From a virus: 64,000 bases of DNA. The translations under genes were made by a program, and so were the position numbers. Numbering within the stretch: the stretch's first letter is position 1; each line of letters opens with the position of its first letter. The DNA lies in the IMG/VR virus record IMGVR_UViG_3300030329_003470, positions 96,001-160,000 of that record; one strand, written 5' to 3'. The notes below the pieces were generated by a model. It was not told where the DNA came from and ran no database searches. It worked only from the letters and a program-made list of their open reading frames with translations. Shown here one piece after another: positions 49,079 to 56,789 of the stretch.

Positions 49079-50210
49079 CTCTTCTCCATTGTTCTCCCGT
49101 GCCTGTCATGATGTCTATCATTCTATCTATTGTACCGTCAGTCCAATCAGATATTTGACCCATACTAGGGGATGGTCTCATTAATAATACTTTTAATTTT
49201 TCCATTGCGTCTCTGCCAGACCATGGAATATACATTCTTGTTTCGTCGTTTGCAAAAGTTTCTGGAAAAGATCTATATGCTGGAAACAATACGTTAGTGC
49301 CTAACGCATCTGCTTCAGATACTGTGTTAGATGTCCAATCTTGTAATGCACAATTAAACAACACTCGTGAATCTGCAAGTATTTCATAATATTCATTCTT
49401 TTTCAAATTTTCATATATTTTTAGGTTTCCATCTTGTTCCATTACTCTTGCTCTATTAACATAAGAGGTTTCGTTGCTTCTTAAAGGACCACCGCAACAA
49501 ATTGCAAATTCTACTTCTGGTAGTTTTGGATTTGCTTTCCAATGATCAATCATGTCCATAAAAAAGCCTGGTTGTTTTTCTTGATCCCATCTTGCACCAA
49601 ATACAACTCTCATTTTTCTATCATTAAATTCTTTTCTATTAGGAACTCTTTCTTGTACTTCTTCTTTGCCAAAACTTAAACCTGATATGTTGTATATGGG
49701 TGCTTTCCAATTAGCAATACGCATATGTGCAACCATTTCTTCATTTGTTGCAAGTATATTAACATTTGGAATTTCATTACACATTTCTTCGTATAAACTC
49801 ATCCATTTGCTCATACCCCAAACGTGTACAAAATCATCAGGGTCGATTGCCTGTGCTAAACATCTCAAATATATTGTTGGTCTATAATCTTCACTCACTT
49901 GTTGTAGTATGTAAGGAAGTGATTCCATACCTGGCTGAAACATATCTTCAAAGAATACAATATCTTCTTTTGTAACTTCACCAGATTTCATCATTTGCAC
50001 AAGATTCATCATTTGGCTCATACCAAAATAACTTCTGCCATGTGCATCTAATACTTGTCCTGTTACAATCGCTTCAGAGTCATCAATTGTTGTGCCTGGT
50101 ACAATTACATAGTCTATACCACGTTTTTTATATACTCTTTCTGTCCAGTCTGTTAATTGATAAGTGTATCTTGCTTGATACGACTCTAGGCCCATGTAAA
50201 AAATTTTCAA
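49035..50210 (-). CDS. GT-B (GT4-like) glycosyltransferase
   Basis: RWDQEKQP and ALQDWTSNTVSEADALG (GT4 ExxG..xxEA-like) motifs. Confidence 0.75.
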   Translation of the reverse strand: MKIFYMGLESYQARYTYQLTDWTERVYKKRGIDYVIVPGTTIDDSEAIVTGQVLDAHGRSYFGMSQMMNLVQMMKSGEVTKEDIVFFEDMFQPGMESLPYILQQVSEDYRPTIYLRCLAQAIDPDDFVHVWGMSKWMSLYEEMCNEIPNVNILATNEEMVAHMRIANWKAPIYNISGLSFGKEEVQERVPNRKEFNDRKMRVVFGARWDQEKQPGFFMDMIDHWKANPKLPEVEFAICCGGPLRSNETSYVNRARVMEQDGNLKIYENLKKNEYYEILADSRVLFNCALQDWTSNTVSEADALGTNVLFPAYRSFPETFANDETRMYIPWSGRDAMEKLKVLLMRPSPSMGQISDWTDGTIDRMIDIMTGTGEQWRRDGKHYRTPVSESKY

Positions 50211-51364
50211 TTTAATACCTCTTTGTAAAGATTTGGAAATACTTTCTTACTATCTAAATTTCTTCTATTATCCATAATTTTTATTTGTTTTTTAACTTCT
50301 TCTATATTAGCATAAAAACCAGAGTCAGTCAAATACTTTAGTAAGTTTTCCAAACCATTTTGTAATAGAAAACCTGGTTTTTCATCAATTAAATCTTCTA
50401 GTTTTCTTTTTACCTGTTTTTTTGCTTGATGTGGTAAGTTTTTAATATTAAGATAAACTGGATTATAAACAGGTCCTAATACAAAACTGTTATTGTGAAA
50501 TCCTAATCCTTGTAAGAATTTAATACAATCAAATATACTCATGTAATTTAAAATTAAATGAAGCATATTAAAACTAATTTTATGATTTTTTAACTTAGAA
50601 ATTGTTTTAATATTGTCTACAAAATCTTTCCAACGTCCACCAAATCTAATATATTCGTATTCTTCTTCAATTGATTCTATACTTACAGTCCAATGAACGT
50701 TTTTAAATTTTTGTATTAATTGGAATACACCTGTTTTTGTATTACTTAAATTTGTGTTAACTCTTAAATGAACATCTTTATTTTTCTTATATAATAAATC
50801 TAAAAATTCTTTATTTTCGTTCATCATTAAAGGCTCACCTCCTGCAAGATAAACATTTTTTAAATTTTCAACATTATCAAATACGTATTCTTTTACTTTT
50901 GCAATATTGTCTTTGTCTGTTTTTTGTTTTAGGCCTAACTCTTTTGCCCATTTGGTACTATTATGAGCACCACAGTACACACAGGCTTGATTGCATTTAT
51001 TACTCCATCTTAAATCTACGTGTGTTAAATCAAAATTATTTGGGTTATTAAATAAATCTTTTTTAATGTGTGGACCTAATTCTTTAGCATAATACATTCT
51101 ACTACTAATATTATCAAAACTTTTTTTTCTGCCTTGCTCTTGATAAAAACAACCATCACAACTCTTAGGATATAATCCTTGAAGCATTTGTTGTTTTATT
51201 TCAATATTTTTTGTAGAATTTAAAATGTCTTTAATATTATTTTTGTGTACATTTCCTATTATGTCTTTGGCTATTACACAGTTTTTTACACTACCGTCAG
51301 TGTTCATAATAAAGCCAGACCACGGAATAGCACAAAAGTTTTTATCTAATAGTTTCCTTGACAT
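50207..51364 (-). CDS. N-twitch radical SAM (paralogue 8)
   Basis: FCAIPW..NC..CDGC; CNQACVYC; AGGEP. TAAATA box 5 nt before the ATG. Confidence 0.85.
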   Translation of the reverse strand: MSRKLLDKNFCAIPWSGFIMNTDGSVKNCVIAKDIIGNVHKNNIKDILNSTKNIEIKQQMLQGLYPKSCDGCFYQEQGRKKSFDNISSRMYYAKELGPHIKKDLFNNPNNFDLTHVDLRWSNKCNQACVYCGAHNSTKWAKELGLKQKTDKDNIAKVKEYVFDNVENLKNVYLAGGEPLMMNENKEFLDLLYKKNKDVHLRVNTNLSNTKTGVFQLIQKFKNVHWTVSIESIEEEYEYIRFGGRWKDFVDNIKTISKLKNHKISFNMLHLILNYMSIFDCIKFLQGLGFHNNSFVLGPVYNPVYLNIKNLPHQAKKQVKRKLEDLIDEKPGFLLQNGLENLLKYLTDSGFYANIEEVKKQIKIMDNRRNLDSKKVFPNLYKEVLN

Positions 51365-51403
51365 ATAGATATTTAGATTAAAATAAATTTACGGAAAAAT
51401 TTC

Positions 51404-51724
51404 TTATAGCGATTTGTCATCAAAATCGTGATAAAGAGTGTATTTTGCAGTTAGTTCTTCACCTGCTTTGATTGGTCTTGTAGTCATAAGGTATTTTACT
51501 GGAAGTTGATGCCAAAATCCTGCAACATTTTTACAATTTGGATCATCTGAATGATTGTAAAATGCACCTAAGGCAGTTCTAATATATCCATGTGGAAAAT
51601 TTTTATTATTAATATGAACAATTCCTAAGACCGTATCTTCAGCAAAATCTTTTGTAGCGAATAAACCTAAACCTTGAACTTTTGATTCTTTAATCGTCAG
51701 TCCGGCAGGTAAAGGTTTATACAT
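51404..51724 (-). CDS. SET-domain protein
   Basis: GLGLFAT, FYNHSDDPN and IKAGEELTAKY motifs. Confidence 0.85.
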   Translation of the reverse strand: MYKPLPAGLTIKESKVQGLGLFATKDFAEDTVLGIVHINNKNFPHGYIRTALGAFYNHSDDPNCKNVAGFWHQLPVKYLMTTRPIKAGEELTAKYTLYHDFDDKSL

Positions 51725-51737
51725 AATATGATATTTA

Positions 51738-52271
51738 TTATGAGTCGCTTTTTAAAAAGTTTAACATTGTATCAGCATCTGATACTTTGAACGGATCGTC
51801 ATCATCACTAGCATCGTTCTTGCCTTCTTCAACAAATTGTTTAACAACTTCGCCGTTGTCAACAAGCATTGAATATCTCCAAGATCTTGTACCAAAACCT
51901 TGCTTAGGTTTATTCACAAGCATACCCATACCTTGTGTGAATGCACCTTCGCCATCACCTATAGGTTTGACCTTTTTAATGTTCTCATCTCTGAACCAAG
52001 CATTCATTACAAATGAATCATTCACTGACAAACAATATACTTCGTCAACACCTTGTGCTTTGATTTCGTCATATTTTGCTTCGTAACCCGGTACTTGTTG
52101 TGAAGAACAAGTTGGTGTAAATGCACCTGGAAGTGCAAACACAACAACTTTCTTACCTGAGAAAATTTCTTCTGTATCAACATCTTTCCATTCGCCACCA
52201 ATAAATGTACATCCACCTACTGCATCAGTATCGCCAACTCTTGTTCTAAAAGTTGTATATGGTACTTTCAT
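51738..52271 (-). CDS. Peroxiredoxin (Prx5/Redoxin type)
   Basis: [24 protein letters not shown] and RSWRYSM motifs. Confidence 0.92.
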   Translation of the reverse strand: MKVPYTTFRTRVGDTDAVGGCTFIGGEWKDVDTEEIFSGKKVVVFALPGAFTPTCSSQQVPGYEAKYDEIKAQGVDEVYCLSVNDSFVMNAWFRDENIKKVKPIGDGEGAFTQGMGMLVNKPKQGFGTRSWRYSMLVDNGEVVKQFVEEGKNDASDDDDPFKVSDADTMLNFLKSDS

Positions 52272-52272
52272 G

Positions 52273-52593
52273 TTACACTGCCTCCTTTGTTAATTTAACA
52301 GCACCTTTATTGGTGTGTTTAATTCTGTGTTTGTTTTGTAATGCTAAATGTAAAAAAGTTTCATATTTTTCTTCTTTAACCATTAACGTAACACAGTCGT
52401 CGTCTTCATTGTCATATCCGTGATATGCCCAAATGAAATCTTTGCCGTATGTCATACCTAAGTTTCCAGCAGTAGTACATATGTTTGCTACTGCATCAAC
52501 AAAAGTATATGAAGCATTTAAGGCACCACCACCAACTGGTAGATAACCCATTCTTGTTGTTGCTCTTGATTCTTTAATCGTTATTTCTTTCAT
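52273..52593 (-). CDS. Hypothetical protein
   Basis: Likely start MKEIT (52593). Confidence 0.6.
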   Translation of the reverse strand: MKEITIKESRATTRMGYLPVGGGALNASYTFVDAVANICTTAGNLGMTYGKDFIWAYHGYDNEDDDCVTLMVKEEKYETFLHLALQNKHRIKHTNKGAVKLTKEAV

Positions 52594-53023
52594 AAACTGC
52601 GTGACTTCCATTTTCACCATCTTCAGAAACATCTATTTCAATTTTTCTGCCTGGGTATCTTTTTGTTATTGCTACATATAAATCATCTGACATCATTTCA
52701 CAAGATTTATAATCTAATTTTAATGTACCTTCACTGTACATATCTTCAATCCATCTTTTAAATTGTATAAACTCAATATCTCTATCATCATGAAATACTT
52801 CAATTGCAACTTTAAAATGAAATATATGTCTGTGTGGATGTCCTAAAAACGATACATCATATCTGTCTCCAGTTGCTAGTTTAGGATCATCTAGTGCCGC
52901 AGGATATTTGTGAATTCCTTCTTTTCTAAATGTTACCCATATCATTTTAGTTGCCATGTTGGCTTGTTCTACTAATGCTTGATGTCTTAACTGTTCTGTA
53001 CTAACTTCTTTGGCATCGGCCAT
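52574..53023 (-). CDS. T-fold QueD-like protein with LxxxHRHxF motif (DpdL-type candidate)
   Basis: EGIH, FLGHPHRHIFHF, IEFI, SCE and SEDGENG motifs; GAGGAG SD. Confidence 0.7.
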   Translation of the reverse strand: MADAKEVSTEQLRHQALVEQANMATKMIWVTFRKEGIHKYPAALDDPKLATGDRYDVSFLGHPHRHIFHFKVAIEVFHDDRDIEFIQFKRWIEDMYSEGTLKLDYKSCEMMSDDLYVAITKRYPGRKIEIDVSEDGENGSHAVYERNND

Positions 53024-53544
53024 ATTTGTTTCTCCTCTATTGGTTCATCTTTTTTATAATCTTCCCATTTAGTATATCCTGCTTTTGACTTAAAATCTTC
53101 CATACTCATTGTCCAAACACCAGAATTTGTTTTATTAAAATCTATGTCATCAATTTTAAAACAAAGTTGTTTATCGTTGTCTACATTTTCAAATATTATA
53201 GAACAAAACGGTATAAATTTTTCATGATTCCAAACAAGATTAAATTGTTTTTGTACTTCGTTGTGCATAGAGTAAGGATAATCTAAAGTTACAAAATATC
53301 CACGTTCTAATAGTTGTGTCATTTGTCCTACTTGGTTTGCAACATTTGATATAAATGATCTATTTGCTCCATAATAAACTGCTTCTGCTTTAACACTTTC
53401 ACATAGTTCTTGAATTTGATCATATGTAAGATCGTTACGTGCAAGAAACAATGTTTGCAATCCATATGCAAGTGTGTGTTCTATTTCTTTACCAGAAAAT
53501 ACACCTACACCTTCTTTTATTCCAGTTTTATAATCTCGAAGCAT
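52987..53544 (-). CDS. Hypothetical protein in the deazaguanine locus
   Basis: 185 aa with GKEIEH..GLQTLF, YYGANRSF and KIDD...TNSGVW segments. Confidence 0.75.
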   Translation of the reverse strand: MLRDYKTGIKEGVGVFSGKEIEHTLAYGLQTLFLARNDLTYDQIQELCESVKAEAVYYGANRSFISNVANQVGQMTQLLERGYFVTLDYPYSMHNEVQKQFNLVWNHEKFIPFCSIIFENVDNDKQLCFKIDDIDFNKTNSGVWTMSMEDFKSKAGYTKWEDYKKDEPIEEKQIWPMPKKLVQNS

Positions 53545-53549
53545 ACTGT

Positions 53550-53578
53550 ATTATACTATTAAACTATTTTTTTGTCAA
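53550..53578 (-). promoter_or_regulatory. Consensus sigma70 promoter TTGACA-17-TATAAT, 5 nt before the ATG at 53544
   Basis: Perfect consensus; predicts a leaderless transcript. Confidence 0.8.
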
Positions 53579-53761
53579 TGTCCGTTTGGCTTTAGCGATT
53601 GCATCTTTTATTGCAAGTTTGGTTTTTTTCAAACGCATTAAAAGTTGTTTGCTTTCGTCACTTCTATCTTGTTTTCTATCTTTGGTGAGTTCTGATACCT
53701 TTCTATTTAGGTAATCGTGATGATCTTCTAATTTTTTTAATTTTTTATCTTTACCAGCCAT
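53564..53761 (-). CDS. Small helical-hairpin protein (DUF465-like)
   Basis: 65-aa basic coiled coil with LKKTKLAIKDAI; AGGAGA SD. Confidence 0.6.
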   Translation of the reverse strand: MAGKDKKLKKLEDHHDYLNRKVSELTKDRKQDRSDESKQLLMRLKKTKLAIKDAIAKAKRTLTKK

Positions 53762-53770
53762 TTTTCTCTC

Positions 53771-55216
53771 CTATTCAAATAATGAACTAAAGTTATTTTT
53801 ACCTTTACCACCACCAGTTGCTCTTTGCCATCTAGTTCCTCTTATATCTGCAAGATAACTTGAAGCATTAGATATTACTTCCATTGGTTTTTCTGAGGTG
53901 AATACTTCTTCTGCAAGTGTATTAAAGTATAAAATATTTCTAGGAACATATTCACTAAATTCATCAGTGTTATCAGAACCTTTTGTTTTTCTCCAATGTC
54001 CAACTTGTGGTTGATATTTCAAACGTTCTATATCGTTTAAATCGTTTGCTGTTTGTACTGCTCTAATTTGATTGTATACGTTGTGTGCCATCATTAAACA
54101 ATAACTAAAACTATCCCAACTTGTTTTGCCTTCTTTGTTATTCTTATTTAGGTCGCCTTCACCATACCAACACACGTCTCCCATTTTTAATCTATTACCA
54201 ATTTGACTTGGAAACGGAAATTGTATATTAGAACCTTTTAATTTCTTATCATCTGGTGCTTTGTCCATAATAAATGAAAATCTTTGTGGTGTGAATACGT
54301 TTTGTGTATAAACTAAACCATTTGCAGTTGATAAAAATGCTGATGCACTATCAAAACTTACTGTAAAGTTTGGATTAATATGTTTTCTTACTTGTCTTTG
54401 TACCTGTGTTAAGTAGCAGGCCCAATCTAATTGTGATGTTCCTAGTATGTGCATCCAATCTTTGCCATCTAATTTCTTTTCATCTCTCATTATGATTAGT
54501 CTTTTAAGTAGTACTTCCATATCACACATATTAATACCACCCATTCCCCAACCTTCAAATTCAAAGTCTTTTACTTGATCATACCATATTTGTGCAGTTT
54601 CCCAATCATCACCTTGTAATACATTTAAAAACTTTGTTTGCCCTAATCTATTTTTTTGAAAGAAATTATTATTGTATATTGTTCCATCTAAACAATCTTG
54701 AAAACTATTCAATCCTGTTTTAGGACTATTCAAATCATCTGCCGCCCAACTTGGAACGTCTAATGTCATTGCCCAGTCACTTGTTAATTCTAACCAATTT
54801 AAAATATTGCTTCTTACTGCGTTTGCTTTATTACCCTCAAAATCTTTCCAATCAAATTTAATAACACCTTTGCCTAATTGATATCCTCCAGAATCTCCTA
54901 CTATTGTGCTAAACTTTCTATCTCTATCAACACACATAGAATCTCTGTCTGCAACTTTATCCATATCTAAACAGGCGTGTCCTGCTGAATATAATGCAGT
55001 TGGATATGTAAAGTAACCTTCGTCTGGATTAATAAAGTTTAAACCTTCAACTCCTCTATCTAAACCTTTTGGAATTCTTTCTGCTGGAATATGAGTACCT
55101 TTAGTAACTCTTTGTTTGGAAATAAATGTATTAAAGAAATTAGAAATAGCAGGCAAGAACACTGCAAAATCTCTGCTTAATTCTCCTAAATGTTCTCGCC
55201 CTTTAATTTCTGTCAT
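53771..55216 (-). CDS. dpdA: Guanine transglycosylase, TGT fold (DpdA-like, presumed DNA-modifying)
   Basis: DSGGYQ, MTLDVP, LNVLQG, GWGMGG, HILG and FDS motifs, with folE, queE, a T-fold gene and yhhQ nearby. No CxCxxC Zn motif. Confidence 0.78.
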   Translation of the reverse strand: MTEIKGREHLGELSRDFAVFLPAISNFFNTFISKQRVTKGTHIPAERIPKGLDRGVEGLNFINPDEGYFTYPTALYSAGHACLDMDKVADRDSMCVDRDRKFSTIVGDSGGYQLGKGVIKFDWKDFEGNKANAVRSNILNWLELTSDWAMTLDVPSWAADDLNSPKTGLNSFQDCLDGTIYNNNFFQKNRLGQTKFLNVLQGDDWETAQIWYDQVKDFEFEGWGMGGINMCDMEVLLKRLIIMRDEKKLDGKDWMHILGTSQLDWACYLTQVQRQVRKHINPNFTVSFDSASAFLSTANGLVYTQNVFTPQRFSFIMDKAPDDKKLKGSNIQFPFPSQIGNRLKMGDVCWYGEGDLNKNNKEGKTSWDSFSYCLMMAHNVYNQIRAVQTANDLNDIERLKYQPQVGHWRKTKGSDNTDEFSEYVPRNILYFNTLAEEVFTSEKPMEVISNASSYLADIRGTRWQRATGGGKGKNNFSSLFE

Positions 55217-55953
55217 TACTGCGCCTGAGCCGGGATAATATATTGATACTTGCCTAATCCTGAATCAACTGAAACCATCATTGCACCTTCATTTGAAAAA
55301 TGCAACATTACTTTAGCAGAATCAGATAGTTTTAATATTTGCAATACCTGTGCAACAGGCCAACTCCATCCTTTGTTTAGAGTTCCTTTCACATCATTTG
55401 CAAAAACAAATTCACCACCGTGTGATGCTTGATCACCAAAAGTGAATATCAGGTTACCATTCTCTGTTCTAACAACAAAAGAATTGTGTTCTGTATTTGC
55501 TACTGATTGAAAATTAAATCTTTGTACACTTGCCACGGTTGGTTCAATTTCAACGTCCCACTTAACTCCCTTAAACTTAACTGTTTTAAGTTTTTCGTTG
55601 ATAATTTCAGCATTCATAAATCTGTAATCGTTCTTAAAGTCACCTTTTTCGTTTTCAAAGTGTATGCCTGTTGGAACTTCAGCACCATTTCTAGTACCTT
55701 TCAACACAGTTATTTTTGCTTTTTCTTTATACTCTGGACATTTCAAATGGATATCTAGTTTGCCTAACTGTGGCATACCAAAAGTACCGTCCATTTCTGA
55801 TTGTGGTTTGTGAAAAGATCCTTGCAAGATAACTGATCTGTCTTCTGCCATGGAATCAATTGTGGTTTCATTACTGGCACCAGTAATTTTAACAAGATCT
55901 AAAAACCCCAATCCATGCGTGTGTTTAACAATGTCTCTTAAGATATCTATCAT
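55216..55953 (-). CDS. Probable DNA polymerase sliding clamp (gp45-like)
   Basis: 245-aa alpha/beta protein near the polymerase; size and strand pattern fit a clamp. No diagnostic motif. Confidence 0.55.
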   Translation of the reverse strand: MIDILRDIVKHTHGLGFLDLVKITGASNETTIDSMAEDRSVILQGSFHKPQSEMDGTFGMPQLGKLDIHLKCPEYKEKAKITVLKGTRNGAEVPTGIHFENEKGDFKNDYRFMNAEIINEKLKTVKFKGVKWDVEIEPTVASVQRFNFQSVANTEHNSFVVRTENGNLIFTFGDQASHGGEFVFANDVKGTLNKGWSWPVAQVLQILKLSDSAKVMLHFSNEGAMMVSVDSGLGKYQYIIPAQAQ

Positions 55954-55980
55954 ACGTTTATTTTACTGTATATTTAGATT

Positions 55981-56781
55981 TTAATCAAGTGTTATTTCAT
56001 CTATTCTATACAGCACAGGATTTTGTTTACCAGGCTTACGGAATATAGCATAATTGGCTCCTGGTCGGAACTGACCCATCTCTATCACATCGTATCCTTC
56101 TTCTTTAATCATTCTTTCCATTGCAGTTTTGGTATTATAATTCCAATAACCACGTTTTGCTTGAGTCAAATCATACTCATAGTGGCAATCTGCATACTGT
56201 ATAAACACATAACCACCTGGTATTAGTGTTCTTTTTATGTCGTGTAGGTAATGTTGTATATGGTTTTGTGTAAAGAATACAAAAGTGTCCCAACTAAACA
56301 CAAAGTTGCATGAATTTTGTGGAATATTATGACACTCGTGTTTTCTTGTTAGAAAGAATGTACAATATTTTCTATGTCTAGGATTTCTAAATCGTCTAAA
56401 TATTTTTTCTTCAAGTTCGGGTAGTATATCTATAAAATAGTTTCTACCCCATGCTCTAAATTCTTTAGAAAATGTGCCATACCCCGGACCTATTTCTAAA
56501 CTATTGTAAACATTAGATCTAGCAAATTGAAATATCTTTGTTTGTACCATTTTAAATAGCCAATTATCTACAACAGGCTTTTCTTGTTTCTTTTCTAAAT
56601 CCACTTTAAACCATTCAACGGTTTTATCTAACCTATCAATCTCTTCTTCGTTATTTGCATCAACAGTATTTTCTATATCTTTTAATATTTTTAAATTTGA
56701 ATCTATTAATTCTTGTAAATCTTCTTTTTTAACTTTTTCTAGTTTTTCAATTAATAGTTTTATTTCTTCGATGCTTAACAT
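55981..56781 (-). CDS. Class I SAM-dependent methyltransferase
   Basis: LEIGPGYG, FIDI, FVFSWDTF and LIPGG motifs, with an N-terminal coiled coil. Confidence 0.8.
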   Translation of the reverse strand: MLSIEEIKLLIEKLEKVKKEDLQELIDSNLKILKDIENTVDANNEEEIDRLDKTVEWFKVDLEKKQEKPVVDNWLFKMVQTKIFQFARSNVYNSLEIGPGYGTFSKEFRAWGRNYFIDILPELEEKIFRRFRNPRHRKYCTFFLTRKHECHNIPQNSCNFVFSWDTFVFFTQNHIQHYLHDIKRTLIPGGYVFIQYADCHYEYDLTQAKRGYWNYNTKTAMERMIKEEGYDVIEMGQFRPGANYAIFRKPGKQNPVLYRIDEITLD

Positions 56782-56789
56782 AACAGTAT

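Noticed and set aside
55981-56781. DNA methyltransferase explaining the GCWGC pattern
   Set aside because: It lacks amino-MTase (DPPY/NPPY/SPPY) and C5-MTase (PC, ENV) catalytic motifs.
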